DNA from: Candidatus Nealsonbacteria bacterium
GTDB taxonomy: Bacteria > Patescibacteriota > Minisyncoccia > Minisyncoccales > JBGOYX01
Assembly: GCA_963820485.1 (NCBI GenBank)
Contig: CAWFZW010000004.1
Coordinates: 61,743-125,742, forward strand
Reading direction: 5' to 3'
DNA: 64,000 nucleotides
Shown here: positions 7,395 to 16,899 of the stretch, piece after piece
How positions within the stretch are numbered: the stretch's first letter is position 1
How the letters are laid out: every line of letters starts with the position of its first letter
Notes under the pieces: generated by a model
Database searches by the model: none
The model's input: the letters and a program-made list of their open reading frames with translations, nothing else
What the model was told of the DNA's origin: nothing
Translations under genes and position numbers: made by a program

Positions 7395-8616
7395 TCATGG
7401 TATAAAAATTTTAAAAATTCTTTTAATTTTTGTCCCCATCCCTTCTCCAAATTCAAAAGTTTTTCCTTCTGCCAAATCTGTTCCTAAAAGAACCAATCCG
7501 CCGCAAACTGCCAAAGCGGGGTCTTCTAAATTGGAAATTCCCTGGGGTTTTCCTATTTTAACCGGCAACTTTAACTCTTTTTTAGCTAATTCTGCTATTT
7601 TTGGCAATTTTGCCCCTCCGCCGGTTAAAACCACGCCAGCAGGCAATAGTTTTTCCTTGCCAATTTTCTTTAATTCTTTATAAATTTGACTGAAAATTTC
7701 AGAAACCCTTGGTTCAATAATGTTTGTTAATTGTTTCTGAGAAAAAATCAATGGAGCATCTTCGCCTATTTCAATTTTTTCTTTTTTTCTACTAACAGAT
7801 TTTTTATTATTCCCCTTTAAAGAACAAGTTCCGTATTCTATTTTTATTCTCTCTGCAATGTCAATGTCGGTTTTCAAACCAATAGCAATATCATTTGTAA
7901 TATTAGCGGAACCGATTGGTAAAATTATTAGATGAATTAAATCTCCTTCTTCAAAAACAGCTAAACCCGTAGTGCCTGCTCCAACATCAACTAAAGCCAC
8001 TCCCAATTCTTTTTGTCGGGAAGTTAAAACTGCTCGAGCTGAAGCTATTGGCGAAGGAATTCTGTCTAAAATTTGAAGGTCAGAATTTAAAACGGCTTCA
8101 GTCAAATTTTTTAAATAGGGTGAAAAACCGCCCAAAGCTAAAACGTCAGCTTCTAATCTCACTCCTCGAAGTCCTAAAACTTCTTTTATTCCACCTTGGC
8201 CGTCAACGATGAATTCTTTGGGAGAAACATCAAAAATTTCTTTGTTCGAAGGAAGAGAAAACGTCTGGGCGGCTTGAAAAACTCTTTCTATGTCTTCTTC
8301 AGAAATTTTTTGGTCAGCTCGGGAAACAGCTACCGTACCATGAGAAGAAGCAGAAAAAATGTGGCCGCCATTGATATTAAGAAAAACTGAATCAATTTTT
8401 AAACCATTATCATGCTGAATTTTTTCCAAAATATCGGTTAAGACAGTCAGAAACTTCTTCCATACCGATAACCACTCCTTTTCTGACTCCAGCCGCAGGT
8501 TCCTGAATTAAAGACATAACTTCTAATTCTGATTCTTTTGGTTTTTTTGAAGCAACTAAAATCTTTATCGCGCTTGTTCCAATATCTAAGCCAGTTATAA
8601 TAGATGGCTTTGCCAT
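7395..8616 (-). CDS. ftsA: cell division protein FtsA (frameshift near 8410-8430)
   Basis: Fragments 8410..8616 (ITGLDIGTSAIKILV) and 7395..8429 (actin-like ATPase, VDVGAGTTGLAVF). Lies directly upstream of ftsZ. Confidence 0.88.
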
Positions 8617-8621
8617 AATTT

Positions 8622-9033
8622 TTAAATTTTAAATTTTAATTGAGATAAGTAATAATTTTCTTTTTCCTCCATATCTTTAGCTTTTTTTGCCGACTTTTCG
8701 TGGTCCCGGCCTAAAAGGTGTAAAATTCCGTGAATTAAAACCCGACTTAATTCTTTTTTAAAAGCTGATTTATATATTTTAGCATTCTTTTTAACTTTTT
8801 GAGGACAAATAACTATTTCGCCTGAATTTATATTATATATATATGAAAGTATATCTGTCGATTTATCTTTTTTGCGATATTTTTTGTTTAATTTACGGAT
8901 TTTTGCCGGATTTATAAAGGCAAGAGAAATTTCTGTTTTTTTCTTTCCGTTCGCCTTTCAAAACCCTTTGAATTACTTTTTTAAAAAATCTCTTATCAAT
9001 CTTTATCCTGCTCAAATTATTAATCTCAATCAT
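8622..9033 (-). CDS. ybeY: rRNA maturation endoribonuclease YbeY (frameshift at the T7 run 8936-8942)
   Basis: Not in the ORF track because both pieces are under 60 aa. Hand translation gives MIEINNLSRIKID...VLKGERKEK / ISLAFINPAKIRKLNKKYRKKDKSTDILSY...HGILHLLGRDHE (the H..H.....H zinc motif). The 412 nt length is not a multiple of 3. Confidence 0.75.
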
Positions 9034-9068
9034 TTTACAATTTTACCAAATTCGGCCCTGAAAAACAA

Positions 9069-9099
9069 ATGGCGCCCCCCGCGACGCGGGGGGCGCCAT
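9069..9099 (-). terminator. GC-rich perfect palindrome, intrinsic terminator after the YqeY-like gene
   Basis: ATGGCGCCCCCCGCG-A-CGCGGGGGGCGCCAT, flanked by an A-run and a T-run. Confidence 0.75.
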
Positions 9100-9121
9100 G
9101 AAACATTTTTTAAAATGTTAT

Positions 9122-9632
9122 TCAGTTTGAGGAAGTAAGTAATTCTTTTACAATTTTTGAAACTAAACTGCCGTCAGCTTTGCCTTTGACTTTTGGCATT
9201 AATTCTGCCATTACTTTTCCCATTTCTTTTATTTCTTTAGCGCCAACTTTCTCAATCGCTTCTTCAACGATTTTTTTAATTTCTTCTTCTGATAATTGCT
9301 CTGGCAAATATTTCTCTAAAATTTCTAATTCTGTTTTTTCTTTTTTTACTCAAATCTTCTCTGTTGCCTTTTTCAAATTCCGAAATTGCTTCTTTTCTTT
9401 TTTTGGCTTCAGAAGAAATTACTTCAATAACCTCCTCGTCAATTAATTGACTTTCTTTTTCAATTTCCTTTTCTGTTAATTCCGGTTTCCCCTTGCTTAT
9501 TTTATATCTTTTTTCCTTTTCTTTATTCACTATAGCCGCACTAAGCATTCTTAAAGTTGAAAGCTCCGCCTCTTTTTTTTCTTTTAAGGCCTTTCTTAAT
9601 TCTTCTTGGATTTTTTGTCTCAAGGAATCCAT
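9122..9632 (-). CDS. GatB/YqeY domain protein (frameshift near 9300-9350)
   Basis: Fragments 9276..9632 and 9122..9307. The C-terminal part [32 protein letters not shown] is typical of the YqeY family. Confidence 0.75.
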
Positions 9633-9647
9633 AAATATAAATATTTA

Positions 9648-9869
9648 TTACTCAACTGGTTTCCCTAATTTTTTCAACATTTCATATTTATTTTTTCTCT
9701 CTTCCCTTGTTTTAGCTGCTCTTTTTTGCATTGTTCCAGATTTTTTTCTTTCTTTAAACCTAATTTTTCTTGCTCTAATTAAAATGCCGCTGCCCTGGAC
9801 AGCTTTAGTAAACCGCCTAACTAAACTTTGGGTTGTTTCTCTTTCTTGTTTTTTAATTTCTAAAACCAT
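9648..9869 (-). CDS. rpsU: 30S ribosomal protein S21
   Basis: 73 aa, very basic. SLVRRFTKAV...ARKIRFKERKKSGTMQKRAAK fits the S21 pattern. Confidence 0.7.
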   Translation of the reverse strand: MVLEIKKQERETTQSLVRRFTKAVQGSGILIRARKIRFKERKKSGTMQKRAAKTREERKNKYEMLKKLGKPVE

Positions 9870-9873
9870 AATT

Positions 9874-10212
9874 TTAAATATTTCGCAATGGTATTTTTTT
9901 CTTCCAGCCGCCTATTAAATGTAAATGAATATGGGTAATGTGTCCGGTTTTTCCGACATTAAAAATCAATTTACAGGCTGAGAAAATATTTTTCTTTTGA
10001 GCAACTTTTTTTGCGGCTAAAATTAATTTGTTAAAAATAATTGAATTTTTCGTTTTAAATTTATTTTTCCATTCAATGTGTCTTTTGGGTATGAGTAATA
10101 AATGAATTGGCGCTTCTAGTCTGGACATTTTTAAAACCCAGAATTTCTTTATCCTCATAAACTATTTCAGCCGGTATTTCTTTTTTGACAATTTTACAAA
10201 AAACACAGTTCA
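9874..10212 (-). CDS. HIT (histidine triad) family protein with two homopolymer frameshifts
   Basis: ATG at 10212 (MNCVF); the frame is lost at the A5 run 10198-10202. ORF 9874..10158 carries APIHLLLIPKRH and the triad HITHIHLHLIGG. Confidence 0.75.
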
Positions 10213-10218
10213 TAATAA

Positions 10219-11502
10219 TCATCTTTTTATTCTTTTTACCATTTCTCTTACCACCTTATCTAATTTTACTGTTTCTTGTTTGCCCTTTTCCATATCTCTA
10301 ATAATTATTGTTCCTTCCAAAGCCTCTTTCTGTCCTAAAATTAAAGTATATTTTACTTCGGCTTTGTCAGCCTTATTTAGTTGGGCTTTTAAAGAATCGC
10401 GGCCGAGAGATTCGGTAATTTGGATTTTTTCTTTTCTAAAATCTTCCATTAACCGCAAGCTCTTTTTTTTGGCTAAATCTCCTAGTTGAGCTAAAAAAAC
10501 CTTAGGCAGTGACGGTTGGGAAAGCCGAATCTTTTTTGTTTTCATTAAATTTATCAATCTTTCTACCCCGCAAGCTCCGCCACAAGCAGGAGTATCTTTT
10601 CCTCCCAAGAGCTTTACCAAGTGGTCATATCTCCCGCCACCTGGCAGAGATCCTTGGGCTTTTCCTTCCGGAGAATCTTCATAAATTTCAAAAACCGTCT
10701 TTGTATAATAATCCAATCCCCTGACCAAATAAGGATTTAAATGATAAGGCATTTCAATTTCATCTAAAAATTCCAAAACTGACTTAAAATGTTTGTGGCA
10801 TTCCTCGCAAAGATGGTCAATCATTTGGGGAGCAGCGGCTTTGACCGGCTGACACTTTTCATCTTTGCAATCTAAAATTCTCAAAGGATTTTCTCTTAAT
10901 CTCCGCCGGCAATCGGAGCATAAAGCCATTTCTCTTGATCTAAAATAACTTGCCAAAAGTTTTTTATAATAAGGACGACATTGTGAATCGCCAATACTAT
11001 TTACTTCAACAACTAAATTCTTAAATTTAAGCTCTTTTAAGATATTATAAAAAATCTGAATAATTTGGGCATCAATTACCGCATTTTCTTCTCCTAAAAC
11101 TTCAAAACCAAATTGCCAAAATTGACGATATCTGCCTGCTTGCGGGTGTTCATAACGAAAATAAGGTCCGAAATGCCAAAGTTTTACTGGTTGAGGAAGA
11201 TTTTGCATTCCGTGTTCAATATAGGCTCTAACCATTGATGCTGTTTGTTCCGGCCTCAAAGTTAAATAATCTCCTCCTTTAGTTCTGAAAGTAAACATTT
11301 CTTTTCCAACAATATCAGTAGACAATCCAATCCCTCTTGAAAAAAGTTCAGTTTGTTCTAAAATCGGCGTTTCAATTTTTTGAAATTGATAAAAATCAGC
11401 TATTTCTTGCACCACATCATAAACTTTCTGAAAATATCGTTGTTCTTCTGGCAATATATCGTGCATTCCGGTCGGCGATTGAAATTTTGGTTTTTTACTC
11501 AT
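10219..11502 (-). CDS. hisS: histidine--tRNA ligase
   Basis: Intact 427 aa ORF with class II HisRS motifs (RPEQTASMVR, FRYEHPQAGRYRQFWQFG, GGGRYD). Confidence 0.93.
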   Translation of the reverse strand: MSKKPKFQSPTGMHDILPEEQRYFQKVYDVVQEIADFYQFQKIETPILEQTELFSRGIGLSTDIVGKEMFTFRTKGGDYLTLRPEQTASMVRAYIEHGMQNLPQPVKLWHFGPYFRYEHPQAGRYRQFWQFGFEVLGEENAVIDAQIIQIFYNILKELKFKNLVVEVNSIGDSQCRPYYKKLLASYFRSREMALCSDCRRRLRENPLRILDCKDEKCQPVKAAAPQMIDHLCEECHKHFKSVLEFLDEIEMPYHLNPYLVRGLDYYTKTVFEIYEDSPEGKAQGSLPGGGRYDHLVKLLGGKDTPACGGACGVERLINLMKTKKIRLSQPSLPKVFLAQLGDLAKKKSLRLMEDFRKEKIQITESLGRDSLKAQLNKADKAEVKYTLILGQKEALEGTIIIRDMEKGKQETVKLDKVVREMVKRIKR

Positions 11503-11522
11503 AAAAAGACTGGTATATTAAG

Positions 11523-12071
11523 TTAAAAACCGCTGTAATTTGGAATTTCAATTTTAGCCAAAGCAGCAAAGGGCCATGCTCTTACAAATACTCTGCCAAT
11601 GATGTCTTCTCTGGGAACGGTTCCCCAGCGCCGAGAATCAGAGGAATGAAGACGATTGTCTCCTAAAACAAAATATTCGTTTTCGCCCAAAGTAATTTTT
11701 GTAAAACCAAAATCTGGTGTGAAAAAATTCGGTGATAAATAACTTGTTTCCTCTAAAGCTTTTCCGGCAACAAAAATCTTTCCATCTTTTATTTCCACCG
11801 TTTCACCGGGCAACCCGATTATTCTTTTTATGTAGCGCTGAGAAGTATCTTGAGGGTATTTAAAAACTACCACTTCTCCCCTTTGAGGGTTTGAAAATTT
11901 ATAACTAATCTCGTCAACAATTAAATAATCGCCGTTTTCAAAGGTTGGCTCCATAGATTGACCTTTTACTAAAAACGGCTGAAATAAAAAATACCTGATA
12001 GGCACAACTATCACCAAAGCAATAACAACTATCTTTAGCGTTTCAAAAAGAAAAGAAAGAAAGTTTTTCAT
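11523..12071 (-). CDS. lepB: signal peptidase I
   Basis: The track ORF extends to 12242, but ATG at 12071 (MKNFLSFLFE...) lies 9 nt after a TTGCCA-17-TATAAT promoter. Motifs GQSMEPT, RGEVVVF, YIKRIIGLPGE, GDNRLHSSDSR. Confidence 0.9.
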   Translation of the reverse strand: MKNFLSFLFETLKIVVIALVIVVPIRYFLFQPFLVKGQSMEPTFENGDYLIVDEISYKFSNPQRGEVVVFKYPQDTSQRYIKRIIGLPGETVEIKDGKIFVAGKALEETSYLSPNFFTPDFGFTKITLGENEYFVLGDNRLHSSDSRRWGTVPREDIIGRVFVRAWPFAALAKIEIPNYSGF

Positions 12072-12080
12072 ATTACCGTA

Positions 12081-12109
12081 ATTATAGCAGATTTCCTTTA
12101 ATTTGGCAA
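12081..12109 (-). promoter_or_regulatory. sigma70-type promoter of lepB (TTGCCA-17 nt-TATAAT), 9 nt from the ATG
   Basis: Hexamers read directly: attata at 12081-12086 and tggcaa at 12104-12109 on the plus strand. Confidence 0.6.
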
Positions 12110-12129
12110 TGGTTATGATAAAATCAGTT

Positions 12130-12180
12130 AATAAGAACCTCGCTTTCAGCGAGAACCTTGATTTTTTCACTTCGTTCAAA
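12130..12180 (+). promoter_or_regulatory. conserved AAGAACC-hairpin-GAGAACCTTGATT 5' leader motif, copy ii (upstream of pth)
   Basis: AATAAGAACCTCGCTTTCAGCGAGAACCTTGATTTTTTCACTTCGTTCAAA. Related copies at 7311-7345 (minus strand) and 58181-58285. Confidence 0.5.
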
Positions 12181-12183
12181 ATT

Positions 12184-12768
12184 ATGTTGCTTATCGTAGG
12201 ATTGGGTAACCCGGGAAATAAATATGAAAAAACCCGCCACAATATTGGCTAGAAAAGTTTTAATCAATTGGCAGAAAAGAGTTGGTTTTCCTGATTTTAA
12301 ATTTCAAAAAAAATTTAACGCCCTAATTTCAAAGGGAATTTTTAACAAAAATGAAACTGTTTTAGCTCTTCCCAAAACCTTTATGAATCAATCTGGAATA
12401 GTATTAAAAAAGTTAATTAGACTAATTAGCAATTAGACAATTACAATTTATTGTAATTCATGACGATATAGATTTTCCTTTAGGAAAAATCAGAATTGTT
12501 AAAAATCGGGGCTCTGCTGGCCACAAAGGAATAGAATCAATAATTAGAGAGTTAAAAACAAAAGATTTTATTAGATTCAGAATAGGAATTAAGCCAAAAA
12601 TGGAATCCGCCAGCTGGCGGATTAAAAATCCTGAAAAATTTGTTCTTCAAAAATTTAATAAAGAAGAAGAGAAAATTGTAAAAGAAGTAATAAAAAAAAC
12701 CGCTGAAGCGATTGAAATGATAATAAAAGAAGGAATAGAAAAAGCAATGAATACATATAATAAATAAA
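12184..12768 (+). CDS. pth: peptidyl-tRNA hydrolase (at least 2 frameshifts)
   Basis: ATG at 12184 gives [22 protein letters not shown]. The sequence continues in ORF 12224..12436 and then in a third frame ([28 protein letters not shown]). Confidence 0.85.
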
Positions 12769-13205
12769 AAGCCGTGGCCACGAGCAAGAAGCTTATTCTC
12801 GCTTCACTCAAACATAAAAAAGCCGATGGCTATGAATCGAACATCTTAACCTCGGCTATACGTCAGGAACCTGACGGCCTCTTCTATCGGGTTCTACCAA
12901 TACTATATCAGAAGCTCGTTCAAAACAGGTACAGAATCTCCTTGTAAATTACCTCCGCTTCTGTACTATAACCAACTGTTACCCAATCTGACCAAGATTT
13001 CCGATTTCGCCAGTCACATGAATAGTTACAGGATCACGAATTGACTTACATTTTCACATTCAACTGCCATGCCTTAGTGCCTCCTTTCTTTTTAATATAC
13101 TCCGAGAAGACTTTCCAAAGTAATCCCTTTGATCACTCGGGGCGATGCCATTAAAGATTTAGCTTCCTGGCTATCTGGATCTCTGACATTGCGCCTTTTT
13201 TTCTT

Positions 13206-13336
13206 CTATATTTTCTTTATCTTCTTGATCGCTGCTCCCAAAGGAATCAAGATAATCCAAGTAAGAATCATAAGATAATGAACCAAAAAATATAAAAAGC
13301 CAATTCTATCCAATTATTAAAAATCCCTGACATCAT
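13206..13336 (-). CDS. candidate small hydrophobic peptide (about 43 aa if one frameshift is bridged)
   Basis: Strong SD AAGGAGGT 6 nt before ATGATG at 13336. Translates MMSGIFNNWIELAFYIFWFIIL(stop/frameshift)ILTWIILIPLGAAIKKIKKI. Below the track cut-off. Confidence 0.3.
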
Positions 13337-13380
13337 TTAATACCTCCTTTTGAAATTGTAAGAGCAAAAATTTTTGCCCT

Positions 13381-13527
13381 CCAGTCTACCTGTGAGCGTT
13401 AGAGATATAAAACATAAGTTTTAATCCGTAACCTAAGGCCCTAAGTTTAAGGAGGGATTACTCAGGTTTTGTCCCCTTCACTTTTGAAAAGCAAAGGTGA
13501 AGGGCGAGCCACTCACAGGTAGGCTGG
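13381..13527 (-). ncRNA. unassigned structured leader element (multi-stem junction closed by a 16 bp helix)
   Basis: CCAGTCTACCTGTGAG (13381-13396) pairs with CTCACAGGTAGGCTGG (13512-13527). Internal hairpins CCCTTCAC/GTGAAGGG and TAATCC/GGATTA. Lies between a minus-strand TTGACA-17-TATAAT promoter and the SD of the small ORF. Strand is uncertain: one G-U pair favours plus, the context favours minus. Confidence 0.4.
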
Positions 13528-13564
13528 AAAGCAAAATCACTAAATTTTTAATTCCATTAAAATT

Positions 13565-13594
13565 TTGACAATCGGTTGAATAATGTATTATAAT
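13565..13594 (+). promoter_or_regulatory. promoter of mfd (TTGACA-18-TATAAT), 8 nt before the GTG start
   Basis: ttgaca at 13565-13570 and tataat at 13589-13594. Confidence 0.6.
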
Positions 13595-13615
13595 TTATTT
13601 TAGTGAATTTGTCAA
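13587..13615 (-). promoter_or_regulatory. divergent minus-strand promoter (TTGACA-17-TATAAT) overlapping the mfd -10
   Basis: Plus-strand attata at 13587-13592 and tgtcaa at 13610-13615. Confidence 0.5.
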
Positions 13616-15560
13616 GGGTTGATAAAGCTTTAATCGTCAGTATCACCCCCTACTTTTTGGAAAAGGGGAATTTTTGGTTTGAACAAAATATAAAACAAAT
13701 TTTAGAAGCAAAGAAAACACAATCTTTTTTTGAGGAAAATATTACTTTATATTTAGAAAAAAACCAAAATTATAATTTCTCTCAAATTTTAAGAAAATTG
13801 GATGAAATGGGTTATGAAAGGGTTTGGCAGGTTTCAGAACCCGGCGAATTTTCCCAAAGAGGCGGAATTGTTGATGTTTTCCCAATAAATCTAAATTATG
13901 CATTCCGTTTTGAATTTTTAGGAAATAAAATTGAAAAAATTGAGAATTGCCGATTAAGATTGAAAATGAAAAAGAATCAAAAGAAAGATTAAAAAGAAAA
14001 TTAAAATCCCAAAAATTATTTTCTGATTTAAAAGGATTAAAACCAGGCGATTATTTAGTTCATTTGGACCACGGAATCGGAATTTACAATCAACAGTTGA
14101 TAATTAGATAGTAAGCATATTATGTAATAGAATATGATCAGGGAGATAAATTTTATGTGCCGGTTGGACTTGGAAAGAAAATTATCAAGATATATTGGCT
14201 TTACCGAACCTAAAATTTCCCGACTTGGTTCTTCTCTCTGGCAAAAAGTAAAAAGAAAAATTAAAGAAGAAACTGAAAAATTCGCCAAAGAACTCTTGGA
14301 AATTTATGCCAAAAGAGAAATTGTCACTCGCCCTCCATATTCGAGGTGAAGATGAAATTGATTTTCAATTGGCTTCCAGTTTTAAATATGAAGAAACGCC
14401 GGACCAAGCTGAAGCGATTGAAGAAATTAAAAAAGATTTGGAAAAAGACATCCCAATGGACAGAATTGTTTGCGGCGATGTCGGTTTTGGAAAAACAGAA
14501 GTGGCATTAAGAGCAATGGTAAAAGTGGTAAAATCCGGTTTTCAAGTGGTAATGATTTGTCCGACAACATTTTAGCCAATCAGCATTTTCAAAATTTCAA
14601 AGAAAGATTGAAAAATCTGCCAATCAAAATTGCGATGCTCTCGCGCCTGCAATCAAAAAAAGAACAAAAAGAAATAATTGAAGGACTGAAAAACGGAAGA
14701 ATTGACATTGTTATCGGCACTCACCGATTACTTTCCCGTGATATAGAATTTAAAAATTTAGGACTTTTAATTATTGATGATGAACAAAGATTCGGGGTTA
14801 AACAGAAAGAAAAATTTAAAAAAATAAGAGCTTCTCTTGATGTTTTATCTCTTTCAGCCACCCCCATCCCCCGAACTTTATATATGGCTTTATCTTCTTT
14901 AAAAAATATCAGTTTAATTCAAACTCCGCCTTGGGCAGATTGCCGGTAAAAACTTTTATTTCGCCCTTTAAAGAACGAAGTTAATTAAAAAAGCGATTGA
15001 AAATGAAATTTCAAGAGATGGCCAGGTTTATTATCTGCATAATCGCGTTGAAACAATTGAAAAAGTTAAAGAATTTTTAGAAAAATTATTTCCGAAAGTT
15101 AAATTCGGTATTGCTCACGGAAGAATGAAAGAAAAAGAATTAGTAAAAGTAATGGAAGATTTCCAAAATAAAAAAATAGATGTTTTAATTGCCACAACAA
15201 TTATTGAAAATGGTTTGGATTTACCAAATGTTAATACTTTAATCGTAGCGACTGCACCCGTTTGGGTTTATCCAGGCATATCAAATCCGAGGAAGAATTG
15301 GCAGGTCCCATATTCAAGCTTTTGCTTATTTTTTATATCCCAGGCGATCTTTCAGAAAAAGCAAAAATGGATTAGATGCCTTAAAAGAAGCTGAAGAATT
15401 GGGTTCGGGCTACAAAATCGCCTTAAAAGATTTGGAAATTCGCGGAGCGGGAAATATTTTAGGCAGAGAACAATCAGGAAATATTAATAAAATAGGATTG
15501 AATTTATATTGCCAAATATTATCAGAAGCTATAGAAAAATTAAAAAAAGAGCAAGTTTAA
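13603..15560 (+). CDS. mfd: transcription-repair coupling factor (Mfd), compact form, many frameshifts
   Basis: Fragments 13603..13992, 14134..14349, 14306..14575, 14470..14949, 15125..15394 and unlisted pieces. Motifs [30 protein letters not shown] (Walker A), [10 protein letters not shown] (DEAD-like), SATPIPRTL, and C-terminal [16 protein letters not shown]. Confidence 0.85.
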
Positions 15561-15598
15561 CTTGCCACTCCAAAAAATTGAATTCCTATATTATTTAA

Positions 15599-15915
15599 TT
15601 AAGACACAGATTTAGATTCGGGTCCCCAGAAGTCATTTCCGATTTTCTTTTTTCTCTTGCTGTTTTTTTTGCTTCAAAAATGCGCTGAATTTCTTCTGCC
15701 GAAGGTCCAACAAATACAACGATTTTACAAGTTGGGCAATAAGCGATGGGATGTTAAATCTTCTGAACCCAACTACGAATGGGCGAACCTATAGGAGTAT
15801 TCATTGTGAAGGGTTCAGTTTCTTCGTGTGCTTCAATCACTCGGACAAATTCCTTTCCTTCAATGTTACAAACATGACACATTATTATTAGTTTGGGTTT
15901 GAGTTGATTTTCCAT
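15599..15915 (-). CDS. hypothetical zinc-ribbon protein (one frameshift)
   Basis: SD GAAGGAG before the ATG at 15915. Translates MENQLKPKLIIMCHVCNIEGKEF...PIRSWVQKI / HPIAYCPTCKIVVFVGPSAEEIQRIFEAKK. CxxC...CPxC pattern. The 317 nt length is not a multiple of 3. Confidence 0.45.
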
Positions 15916-16025
15916 TTTCTACTCCTTCTTTAGTTTTAGAGAGCAGTCCCTCCACTTACGACATAAAATATTATAATCTAATTGTCAATGATTTTTAAAT
16001 TTTAAAAAATGAGTAAAGTTATAAA

Positions 16026-16899
16026 ATGATTGAAGAAATAAAAACGATTTCCGTTAATGACGAAAATTATCCGAAATTTTTAAAAGAAATTAAAAATCCA
16101 CCGAAAGTTCTTTATTATAGAGGAGAATTAAAAAATAAAGAAAATTGTTTTGCAATTGTCGGAACGAGAAGATATTCTTCTTATGGCAAACAAGTGGCTT
16201 TGGAAATTACTGGAGATTTAGCTGAAGCGGGATTAACGATTGTTTCTGGTTTGGCGCCGGGAATTGATACTTTCGTCCACCAAGCTAGCCATAGAAAGAA
16301 ACGGAAGGACAATTGCTGTTTTAGGTACTGGTTTAGATGAAAAAAGTATTTATCCAAAAGAAAATATAAAATTAGCAAGAAAAATTATTGAAAAAGGCGG
16401 ATGTTTGATTTCTGAATATCCTGCAGGGACCCGAGGAACCCAATTTACTTTTCCTCAAAGAAACAGAATAGTTGCCGGGCTTTCTTTGGGAGTATTGGTT
16501 ATTGAAGCCAAAGAAAAATCTGGCGCTTTAATTACGGCTAATTGGGCGAAAAAATACGGAAGAAAAGTTTTTGCCGTTCCAGGACCCGTCCATTCTTCCA
16601 ATTCAAAAGGGCCGCATAAATTAATCAAAGAAGGGGCGAAATTAGTGGAAAATGCCAACGATATTTTATCAGAATTAGACCTGCCTGAAATAAAAAAACA
16701 ATTAGGGAAGATAAAAGGAGAAACTGAAGAAGAAAATTTAATTTTGAGCGCCTTAAAAGAAGAATCTTTATATATTGATAAAATTATTGAAAAAACTAAA
16801 TTAACTGCGGCTGCTGCCGCTAGCACTCTTGCTATTTTGGAAATAAAAGGTAAAGTAAGAAACTTAGGAGGAAACGTTTATGCAATTAGTCATCGTTGA
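16026..16899 (+). CDS. dprA: DNA processing protein DprA/Smf (frameshift near 16290)
   Basis: Fragments 16026..16340 and 16240..16899. Motifs VGTRRYSSYG, SGLAPGID, FPQRNRIVAGLS. Confidence 0.88.

Noticed and set aside
12800-12900. A tRNA or tRNA-like gene suggested by GTTCGATTC and a GCCGA/TCGGC closing stem.
   Set aside because: No D-arm or anticodon arm can be drawn and the T-stem has only 3 bp. It is best read as a terminator hairpin with a T-loop-like loop.
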